DNA of 64,000 nt. It comes from Tubiluchus corallicola. Taxonomy: Eukaryota > Animalia > Priapulida. Below, piece by piece: positions 54,201 to 64,000 of this stretch (the first letter of the stretch is position 1; every line of letters begins with the position of its first letter). The notes under the pieces are model-generated. The model worked only from the letters and a program-made list of their open reading frames with translations. It made no database searches and was not told the origin of the DNA. Where the stretch lies: the NCBI GenBank assembly GCA_030141605.1, contig JAQGDQ010000510.1, positions 95,463 to 159,462 on the forward strand, written 5' to 3'. Made by a program: the position numbers and the translations under genes.

Positions 54201-54980
54201 TTACACTGCTCACACATTGGCATCCACTATTCTTATTCTACATCTCCACCAAAATCTGTTCGATTTTGCTCATCCTCGCATCTTGTTTAATCATTTCGTT
54301 CGATTTTCTTCCAACTCTTCTGTTTGTTCTGTTGCTTAATGTCTTTATTGCAGTGGCTTCGTTTTCTTCTTCATTTTCGGATTCTGCTGCAGCACAGGTA
54401 TCCGTCGTTATTACGTTTTGTGCATCATGATTTGATGTTGATTGTTCTGCATCAATTATGGTACATGGTGTTTTATTTGGATTTTCTATGGCAGAAGTTC
54501 GCCAAGTTTCTCTCCACACCATTTAAGGTAACTTCGACCATTTATAAGCAGAGTACCTGTTCCGCTATAAATATTAATTCTGGTAGTTTTGTTAGAAACG
54601 ATCACCTTGTGGTTAATAGTGATGAGGTCAGATGTTTCGTTCATTTCCATTTGTGCTCGTGCTTCTGAGACGTTCATTGCGTATCTTAATCCATTTATCA
54701 CTTTATTTAATTGATCTCCTCTCACCACGACGTTTCCAGTGTTGTCTGTATTTTCATTTATGGTAAATTTTCCCATAAAGCTTTCGTAGATTCTCTTTTT
54801 AATCTGCTGTATATTATTTTTTGTTGTTGTTTTTTCAGTACAAATTGCGTTTGCATTCAGCATATCGAAATTTATTTCAGGTAAACTTTGGTGTTCGCCG
54901 GGTATACTTTGATGAACTTTAACTTAAAGTTCACAAGTTACGCACTTGCAGCGGAGGGAAGGCAAAACACGTCTGTGTGT
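51300..54980 (-). mobile_element. Decayed LINE 5' half (ORF1 with coiled coil and SGNH-esterase-like domain; endonuclease remnant) in a CPED1-like intron
   Basis: ORFs 54486-54863 and 54238-54522, then 53416-53784 (VIIIDVAVNDL). DLHHLSSDGVKIFASHL at ~53290-53343. Endonuclease IIMGDLNSR at 51571-51849. Confidence 0.7.
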
Positions 54981-55234
54981 TTATGACGTTAGCAGATCTC
55001 GTTTCTGAATAGATTTTCTCAAAGTAGTTTTGCTTTTCAGATAGTAAATCTGCAGCAGGAGGCACTTTATGTAGACCATCATCCATTTCGGTCGGTGCAA
55101 CCAAGTAAAGGAAATTTCGGTTGCAAATTAGCTACGTCTGAAGATTATTTATTTCTACACATCAGAATCTAAAATGCTATAATAGAGATTCCCAGTGAGA
55201 AATACAGTAACGACCAGTGAGGTGTTTATCTTAC

Positions 55235-55430
55235 CTTGTCATGTCCTCTCCTGTTCTTGCTAGCCTTACACTGGTATGGCAATTGAAGGGTATCGCCCAG
55301 ATTTTGGCTTCAATCTGATAGTAATCTACTGCCACATGATACAGAAATGTACTGGGATCAAAGCGAGGTTCAAAACTTAGTGGTGACGGTGTGAAATCTA
55401 TTCGTCTTAGATACGGAATTGTGGATGTGT
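55235..55430 (-). CDS. CPED1: CPED1-like exon (cadherin-like beta-sandwich; absent from the ORF track)
   Basis: DTSTIPYLRRIDFTPSPLSFEPRFDPSTFLYHVAVDY... matches the L.L.P.F.P....Y...VP pattern; 196 nt, phase 1-2. Confidence 0.88.
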
Positions 55431-56034
55431 CTGTAAAAAAAGGACAAAATGTGTTTCTACTAAGGCATTAATTTATTTTCTTGCAGCATTATTTTTGGTT
55501 TAATTACTTGTTTTTCCATCTTTTTTTACTTTATTATTTAAAATAAAAGTAATTTTGTTGCACATGCTTCAAGCATTAACCCAAACAATAAAATCAACAA
55601 AAGTAATCATCTAAGCAGAGCCATTGATGCAGATGAGGTTTCTTAGCCAAATTTCTTAGCTCAACCTTTAAAAGTATAACAAATAAAGAACTTATTTTCC
55701 CCGAAGTTATCCATCAAGAAAGAGATGAAGAAAACGCAATTTGAAAGTTTTTCCAACATTGTAATTGGAAAATAAAGTTCACCGTAATTTCAAATGTTCA
55801 CGGCAAACTGCTACAAATTCACTATCCTAGTGTGTGCCAAGCCATTTGGTATAATATAATAAAACAATAAATCTTTGTTTGATAGGTACTTTGTGCAAAT
55901 TGAATGTCATCGAAATTTGCTTCAATTTCTTGCTCACCATTGAAATGGCGCAGTACAAGTTTCGTGTAAGGGTCACAAAATTTCCGGAAGTTACTTATAT
56001 TTAGATAGCCACAAGCTGTCGCACAAATTTACCC

Positions 56035-56733
<699 letters not shown>

Positions 56734-56929
56734 GCATCGGTCTATACCTAGGCATCGAAAGCTAGCCAGACAATCAGAAACGAGTTTTGGATGAAGTGAC
56801 CTCATTAAAGTGATGAAGCTTTCACATTTGTTACACAATATTATTAAGAACAAAAATTGTTGCTAAACACATGTGTTTAGATGTGTCCTCGCCTCAACCC
56901 TCTTTGGTATCCTGTTCTCTCTGCTGCTG

Positions 56930-58045
56930 CGCTATGTATTTAAAGAAGCTGAAGAGGGAGTCTATCTACACACATGAAGTGACGTCAGCCTGTTCAACCT
57001 CTCTCGCCTCCGAGCAAAGTCACTTGTTCGCAGAGTTCTCATTCGCGAAATGCTGTTCGCAGATGATGCCACACTGATAGCTCCCACTGAAGCCAGCCTC
57101 CAAGGCCTCATTGACAACTTTGCCCATGCCTGCAGTGAGTTTGGCCTCACAATCAGCATCCAAAAGACCAAGGTTTTAGGCCAAAATGTTTCCCCAGCCT
57201 CTCACATCTCCATCGATGACTGCTGCCTTGAAGTGGTGGAAGATTTCACCTATCTTGGTTCTGTTATTTCCAGCAATCTTAGCTTGGCCACAGAACTGAA
57301 CTCCAGAATCGGCAAGGCCTCATCAACGATGGCTCGTTTAACGAAGAGTGTGTGGGAAAACAACATGCTGACTATCAGGACAAAGTCCCAGGTGTACCAA
57401 GCCTGTGTACTGAGCACACTGTTGTACGGGAGCGAGAGTTGGACTCTGTATAGCCATCAAGAATGCAGGCTCAATGCTTTCCACCAACGCTGCCTCAGAA
57501 GAATCCTGGGCATCTCATGGCAGGAGCACATAACCAATAAGGATGTGCTAGCAAGAGCTGGAATTCCATACTCGCATGTATTCCATACTCTCCAACAGAC
57601 GTCTGCGCTGGCTAGGCCATGTTTCCCGCATGCAGGACGGTAGATTGCCACTGGCTCCAGACCCCCTGGGAGGCCACTGCTCCGCTACAAAGATGTAAAC
57701 GCTACAAAGGGACCTCAAGGCAAGCGGCATTACAGCAGCAAATTACGAGGCGCTTGCAGCAGATCGTAGCAACTGGAAATCTGTTGTTAGGACAGCCATC
57801 AACAACAGAGCGGAGAAAACAAGGGAGAAGACAGGGGAGGATAAAAGGACTCGCAGGCATCAGAAAGATGCCCTACCTCACCCGAATGAAACAGTTTTCC
57901 AATGTGCAACCTGCAGCCGGAACGGCCGCTCAAGGATCGGACTGCTCAGTCACAGTCGACGCTGCAGCTCCATCAATTTGATCAATAACTGACTCTCTTG
58001 GCGCACAATCCATTGTCTTCCGAGACACAAGGATGCCAACAAGCA
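56930..58045 (+). mobile_element. RTE-clade LINE, 5'-truncated 3' fragment
   Basis: LFADD, FGLTIS.KTKV, FTYLGS, RIGKA, LLYGSESW, RCLRRILGISW, then a frameshifted RWLGHV. 3' end CCATTGTCTTCCGAGAC...GATGCCAAC. Confidence 0.92.
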
Positions 58046-58730
58046 AGTACATTTATGCTCATCTGTCTTCCATCTATTGACGGATGTCATTTGTGTCAGC
58101 TTCAAGTTGATATTGAACAACTTGCAGACTTTTGTGCCCAATATATGCAGTGTAATCGTCAGCATACATTGTAATAGAACAATAGTTTCAACGTTTTTGT
58201 CAATCCATTTATATGAAGCAGAAGTATCATTTATATAGCGTAGCGCTAGCGATGTATGTTTTAGGTAAATTCAGAAACAGGTAGATAGGCAGAAAGATGG
58301 GGTCACAGTAACATATATTTTCAGGTAACGTCCCGATATTTCGTGGTGCTTACACGAAACTTTAACCAGTAACTGTTAGCCTGCGTAGTTTATGTTTTAT
58401 GCTAATGCAAGTTCTGTGTGCAATAAAGCAGCATTTTACACAAATTTCTGTTATACAAAATTTCAAAGCAATTTTTAGAAAATGTAATGATTCTCTTTCT
58501 TTGAGTTTTAACAACGAATTCTCTGAGGTTAAAATAAGGAATTTTCGGTATTCTTTGGGCTTTAACAATCAATTGTTAGCATTGAAGCACACCCCACGCC
58601 AACTTATCATCTTCGCCCTCACATTCGCTATCATCTTGTCCCCCAAGAGTCAATCGGGTGAAGTATCATGAAAAAATGTTAGTTTAAACAAGAGACACAT
58701 AAATCGCACCTTCTGGTGTATGAATCTTAC

Positions 58731-58826
58731 CATTGATGCAAGTTGCCATGAAGGTATCTTCAAGTTCTGCCGCCATTTTACTCAGGGTCTTTTGCTTGTG
58801 TGATCGAATATCAAAGGTTTTGGGAT
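58731..58826 (-). CDS. CPED1: CPED1-like exon
   Basis: 96 nt, phase 1-1, with ttttaAG acceptor and G|GTAAG donor. Ends ...MATCIN(D), giving the C.xD..T.PYL motif together with the next exon. Confidence 0.75.
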
Positions 58827-60271
58827 CTTAAAACATAGAAAAAGTACAAATAACTATTTGTGAATGTGTTGCAAAATAGACTCACAAGACAACAGTGAAA
58901 TACAACATCTACAACATTATCATATCATCATGACCATCACAGTCATCGCGGTCATTGTCGTCCACGTCTCAGTCATCCTCATCATTACCATTACCATCTT
59001 CAAAATCATCATCATCATCGTGATCATCATCATCATCATCATCATCATCTTTTTGTTATCTGTTTATTATTTCAAATGTCCTAATAAAAATACTAACTTT
59101 TCAAGTTTTTTCAGCATCTTAAGAACTACAAGGACGCAGAAAATAAGATAATAAGATAAGAAAATATAATCATTTATAAGATATGGCGATGAATTACATA
59201 GTGGGCAGCATTACATTATCAGCTCATATTAAAAACGAGCCATGTTAGTTCTATACCGAACAGGTTTACTTACATATTGTGCTAAAAAGTTGCTGGCCCA
59301 ACACAACGATGACACATAGTATAAGTAAATAATATCGTGCATCATTTATATTTCGCATTGTTCAAGTTGCATTTTTTACTACTACTGAAATTCTGCCGCA
59401 GAAATTTGACACCGAGTTGAGACAGTGAGTTCACAAATTGAATCTACAAACCGAAGAGCGAAATATATCTATATCGCTTTGCCATCTGCCATACGCCATG
59501 CTAGTTTGCTGTGCTATCGTACTATGGCAGCTTTACCGCGAAAAATCATAATATTACAATATCTCTGTGTGTTATTTTGAGTCCATTTTCTATCTAGAAG
59601 TTAGAATAAAACGCCTTTGTGTACCATAACGTTGCCTTCGTCTAGTTTTTCGTGCTTTTCCTCATAATACATCTAAAAAAATTTATCCCATATTACTGAA
59701 ATACTTCGTTTTGCTTGTTTTAATAAGACTGTTTTAGACAACGTTCCACGAAGTAAAATATTCCGGAACTTTCTAAACTTTCTGCGCAATTAAACTGCAT
59801 GGAAAAATTGCACGTCAGACCTACGAATGCTTTATAGTTTTTTCACACGACAAATATAACAAAACGGTTGAGTGTTCACACTACAGCTAAAAGGTGTGAT
59901 CGATGTTAGCATTTGACCTTTGCTGTATGTGTTTGTGGTTTGTTGTGCTGTAAGTGCTGTCCTGACTGAATGTGCTTAACGCTTTGAGATTTTGAACTAT
60001 TGCATTTAATCCACATTAGTTAGTTGATTATATTGCTGGTCTGTCTGTTTTTAACGTGTTTTCAGCTTATAATCGTATTACTGGTACGCTTGAGGTGAAC
60101 ATCTATCACATTTAGTAGCTACCACTCATTACAGGTATACGTTGTTTAGTCTGAATGGTAAATGTTTTTGTCTTTGAGTTTTTAGAATGTAGATGTAAGC
60201 GCACCGAGCCACGCCTGACTCTTTTCCTTAGATGAATGATGTGCAAGATTGTTTTTTTTACACAAACTAAC

Positions 60272-60366
60272 TTGTAGGATGATTTGCTGTCATAACGACA
60301 TATTGTCTGTCAGAAATTCCTCTGCTTAAAGGAGCAGAATGAGAAGAACAGTTGTGCATGAATGTA
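60272..60366 (-). CDS. Possible further CPED1-like exon or exon fragment abutting the BEL LTR
   Basis: Open frame TFMHNCSSHSAPLSRGISDRQYVVMTANHPT with a phase-1 GTTAGT donor compatible with the next exon. No recognisable motif. Confidence 0.35.
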
Positions 60367-60367
60367 C

Positions 60368-60636
60368 TGTAGTCACAGAAAACACTGTAAACAGAGGTTA
60401 ATACAACTGAATGCTTTATTAACATAATTAGTATGTCCAGTATAACATAAATGTTCAACAGCTCCCATAAGTGGATTAACCTGACTGTTCAGAGCACAGG
60501 TATGTAATGACAGACAGGTGACTAGCAGGTAACAAACAGAAAAGCTGGCCAAAACCAAAAGCTTTACATTTCCACCACAGATGGCGCCTCGTGTATGTTA
60601 AGTAAGATTAACAAAAAGAAAGCTAAGTCTGCTACA
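60368..60636 (-). repeat. 3' LTR (~269 bp) of the BEL/Pao element
   Basis: Minus strand reads PPT-like GGAGCCGGG (60645-60637), then TGTAG...AATAAA...CTACA (5-bp terminal inverted repeat). Confidence 0.72.
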
Positions 60637-61379
60637 CCCGGCTCCTAATGAGCGCTTATAAAGTGGTCATTACAATAATCTGCTTGTAAGTCACTGTACA
60701 AAATTACATGAACTCTGAACAGTAACACTTAGATGCTATTTAGTACAACTAAATATTTTAGTCAAAACTGAACAATCATACATTTGATAGTTAAAACTAT
60801 TCCAGTGAAACACTAAGTGAAATAATTCCAAATATGAAAATTACAGATAAATACCGTTAGCTAAAGCACTACAAAGCAATGAATCAAATAACGAATCGAT
60901 AATAAGATCAGATAAAACAGAATCTGATGCAATAGTGACTTGATAGCTTATAACAGTTAGCAAAGGCAAATGTCGTTCAATGCTAAGTTCTATGTAGCAC
61001 ATCATATAAATTTTAGAATGACATTATCATAAAGTTGGCCTACTGCCAAGTGATAGAATTTAATGTTAATTTTGTCTGAAAGATTTAAGCAAATATTTGA
61101 CATACATTTCAAATTACTGGCAATTAATTTGGCAAAATTGTAAACTAAATCACACAATCATGAATAACACTTAATCCACAAAATTAACACAGAATCAAAT
61201 TTTTCGCATAACAGCGAACTATTGCAGCATCAAATTTAAATAACTAAATAATACAGGCAAGGTCATTTCTTACCAACAATACTGCAGTCATTAGGTCAAA
61301 TAAACGTAACTATATATGACAAATATGAAATAATTCGTACTTTAGAATTAAAGTGTATATCAACACATTACACAGAATT

Positions 61380-64000
61380 TTACTCAGCTTCTTCGAGGAG
61401 ACATAGCTTAGTTATTGGTCTAAGCAATGTCGTAGATGGGGTCTTCACCATAACTGATCTCACGAGTCCATCCGGAGCTGGAAATACTTCGGTGATTCTG
61501 CCTGTTGTCCATTGATTCCGAGCAGCATTCTCATCAACGACCAGAACCAAATCATTCTCTTTAAAGTTTCTTTTTACAGTCAGCCATTTCTGACGTTGTT
61601 GCAAGTTTGGAATGTATTCCTTGACCCAGCGGCGCCAGAAGATGTTGACGAGATACTGGCACTGCCTCCATCTCCTTTTCAGCATAGAGTCGTCTTTGCA
61701 GAAGATGCCTGGTGGCAAATTTGGGCAAGGTCGCTGTAGAATGAGGTCATTTGGCGTTAATGGTCTGAAGTCATTTGGGTCATTGGAAAACTCCGTTAAA
61801 GGTCTGTTGTTCATGATGAACTCGGCTTCAGCAATCAAAGTCAGCAAGACTTCATCAGTAATGGTTTGTTCCTTCAACAGTTGCCGGAAGATGCCACGGA
61901 CAGATCTGATACACCTTTCCCAAACACCACCATGGTGACTGGCCCCTGCAGTGTTGAAGGTCCATTTTACACCCCTTTGCACCATATGCTTGTTTAATTT
62001 TTCTTCAGTCCACAGTTGTAGAGCTTCACGAAGTTTACGCTCACCACCAATGAAGTTTGTCCCTCTGTCAGTCCAGACTTCCAGCACCTCTCCTCTTCTA
62101 CATATGATTCTTCGAAATGCGTTGATGAAGGAGTCGGTGTCAAGATTGTGCGTGATCTCTATATGAACAGCTCTGGTGGCCATGCATGTAGCAAGGCACC
62201 CATAGCGCTTGATGGTAGAACGGCCTTGTCTAACATATATCGGCCCGAAAAAGTCGATTCCTATTCTGGAAAATGGAGGATCGTATGGCTTAATCCTTGC
62301 AGTCGGAAGATCTGCCATTAACTGCTCGGCAGGCCGGGAGCGTTCTTTCTTGCATTTGAAGCACCGAGACAAAACTCTTCTTACTGCACTTTTCCCCTTA
62401 ATAATGTAATACTTCAGTCTCATCTGGGAAAGAACGTAGTCTCTGCCTAAATGAGCATATGATTCATGATAATATTGAATCAGCAAGTCAGTTATGTGAT
62501 GTTTGTAGGGAAGAATCAGTGGATATTTGTAACCATAGTTGAAGCTACCTCTGGTTAGTCTTCCATAAACTCTCAGTAGGCCTTCGGCATCCACGAAGGG
62601 TCTGATGCCATACAGAGGACTGGACTTTAGGTGATTCTTCTCTTTATTAAGTGATTCTTTATTACCTGGTAATGCTGGAGACATCAGTTTTATCTCTTCT
62701 CGAAATGCAATCTTCTGCACCAAATGAATAATGGATTTCTCTGCTTCTTCCAGATCACCATATCGCAGATGCTTCGCTAACTTTCCATGGCAACCTGTTC
62801 CCTTGTTCTTCAAGTAATGCTTATACTTGATGAACCAAGCTACAGAAATACGGAGTTTTTCCCATGAAGAGAAATAAGTTAGCAACTCGTCTATTGGCTC
62901 TTCTTGGATGGCCAAGTTGATCTGCACTTTCTTCACTTCTTCATGGTCATCAGGTACTGGGAATAGTGTTGGCTGTGCTGGCCACTCAGCTTCTGTTTTC
63001 CAGAGAAAAGGAGGACCCTTGAACCATCTGTGGTCTGCAGATAGCTGTTTTGCCTTTATGCCTCTTGTTATGTCATCTGCAACATTCTGCGAAGAACTGA
63101 CATACCGCCATTGACTAACATCTGAAGCACAATGAATCTCAGCGAGTCTATTGGCCACATACACTTGGAACCTCTTCTTTTCATTTTGGATGAATTTCAA
63201 AACTGATGTTGAATCAGTCCAGAAAACAACAGCATCTATTTTGATGTCCAAAGCTTCTAGAATTGTTTTGTTCATTCTGACAGCAATAACTGAAGCTTGC
63301 AATTCTAATCTCGGCACAGTTTGTGTTTTCAGAGGAGCTACTCTGCTCTTAGCTGTTAGCAGACAACAATGAATCTGTCCCTGCTGATTAACAAACCGAA
63401 CATAGGAGCATACTCCATAGGCATCATTCGAGGCATCACTAAAATGATGCAGTTGGGTGGATGCAACAGGTCCGAAATTGTTGAGCTTGACACATCTCGG
63501 AATTTTCAGGTCATTAAGACTGCTCAAGCTAGTGGTCCACTTTAGCCACTTAGCTTCTAGATCATCTGGGATATGCTCATCCCAATCAAGCTTTAGCTTG
63601 CACAAGTGCTGGAGTAAGACCTTTGCTGGTAGAATCACAGCACATAAGAAACCCAAAGGGTCAAACAATGATGTCTCAGACAGGATACCTCGCCTCGTGG
63701 TAGGTTTGCCCTTCAGAACAGACTTGAATTGAAATACATCATCTTGAGTGTTCCATCTAATTCCAAGGGCACTCTCTATTGGTGGATCAGCTAGCTTCTG
63801 TTGCAAGTCCAGAATAGGTTTGGCTCTTTCAGATTCCGGAATTTCTTTGATAACAGCCTCTCTGTTACTAAGGAACTTTGTCAAGTGGAAACCGCCTCTC
63901 TGCAGTAGTTCCGTGAGGCTATTTGCTAGTCTTACTGCTTCATACTCTGTGCTGACAGACTTTAACAGATCGTCAACATAAAAATTGTTCTTTACAGCAT
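61380..64000 (-). CDS. BEL/Pao pol polyprotein (RT end, RNase H, integrase), partial
   Basis: FYVDDL near 63975; LGIRW, FDPLG, HHFSDAS, PRLEL and WTDS. Integrase motifs GIDFFGP, TDRGTNF, GGVWER, NNRPL and RPITKLC. No stops in the 834-aa ORF. Confidence 0.95.
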   Translation of the reverse strand, partial: AVKNNFYVDDLLKSVSTEYEAVRLANSLTELLQRGGFHLTKFLSNREAVIKEIPESERAKPILDLQQKLADPPIESALGIRWNTQDDVFQFKSVLKGKPTTRRGILSETSLFDPLGFLCAVILPAKVLLQHLCKLKLDWDEHIPDDLEAKWLKWTTSLSSLNDLKIPRCVKLNNFGPVASTQLHHFSDASNDAYGVCSYVRFVNQQGQIHCCLLTAKSRVAPLKTQTVPRLELQASVIAVRMNKTILEALDIKIDAVVFWTDSTSVLKFIQNEKKRFQVYVANRLAEIHCASDVSQWRYVSSSQNVADDITRGIKAKQLSADHRWFKGPPFLWKTEAEWPAQPTLFPVPDDHEEVKKVQINLAIQEEPIDELLTYFSSWEKLRISVAWFIKYKHYLKNKGTGCHGKLAKHLRYGDLEEAEKSIIHLVQKIAFREEIKLMSPALPGNKESLNKEKNHLKSSPLYGIRPFVDAEGLLRVYGRLTRGSFNYGYKYPLILPYKHHITDLLIQYYHESYAHLGRDYVLSQMRLKYYIIKGKSAVRRVLSRCFKCKKERSRPAEQLMADLPTARIKPYDPPFSRIGIDFFGPIYVRQGRSTIKRYGCLATCMATRAVHIEITHNLDTDSFINAFRRIICRRGEVLEVWTDRGTNFIGGERKLREALQLWTEEKLNKHMVQRGVKWTFNTAGASHHGGVWERCIRSVRGIFRQLLKEQTITDEVLLTLIAEAEFIMNNRPLTEFSNDPNDFRPLTPNDLILQRPCPNLPPGIFCKDDSMLKRRWRQCQYLVNIFWRRWVKEYIPNLQQRQKWLTVKRNFKENDLVLVVDENAARNQWTTGRITEVFPAPDGLVRSVMVKTPSTTLLRPITKLCLLEEAE

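Larger units (their letters stand above)
60368..64000 (-). mobile_element. BEL/Pao LTR retrotransposon, 3' portion (continues beyond the window)
   Basis: Open pol frame, a ~735-bp 3' non-coding region, PPT and LTR. Confidence 0.93.

Overview
AT-rich animal (invertebrate-type) nuclear DNA with GT-AG introns and many repeats; the species cannot be determined from the sequence. All four host genes I can reconstruct encode predicted Golgi/secretory glycan-modifying proteins. They are a Sulfotransfer_2 (CHST/HNK-1ST-type) carbohydrate sulfotransferase (+, catalytic exon 1386-2267), an XXYLT1-like GT8 glycosyltransferase (+, 2 coding exons, 17166-18671), an EXTL2-like GT64 glycosyltransferase (+, 5 coding exons, 24932-30218) and a CPED1-like cadherin-like/PC-esterase protein (-, at least 10 phase-consistent exons, 36640-58826, N-terminus not seen). 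I placed exon boundaries by hand from splice dinucleotides and reading-frame phase. The rest of the window holds a frameshifted CR1/L2-type LINE, an RTE fragment, the 3' part of a BEL/Pao LTR retrotransposon with an open pol frame and a 3' LTR, an hAT-type MITE with an 8-bp TSD, many decayed LINE pieces, 33-, 56- and 81-bp minisatellites and several microsatellites. The main hypothesis is that the four unrelated glyco-enzyme genes form a metazoan glycan biosynthetic gene cluster.
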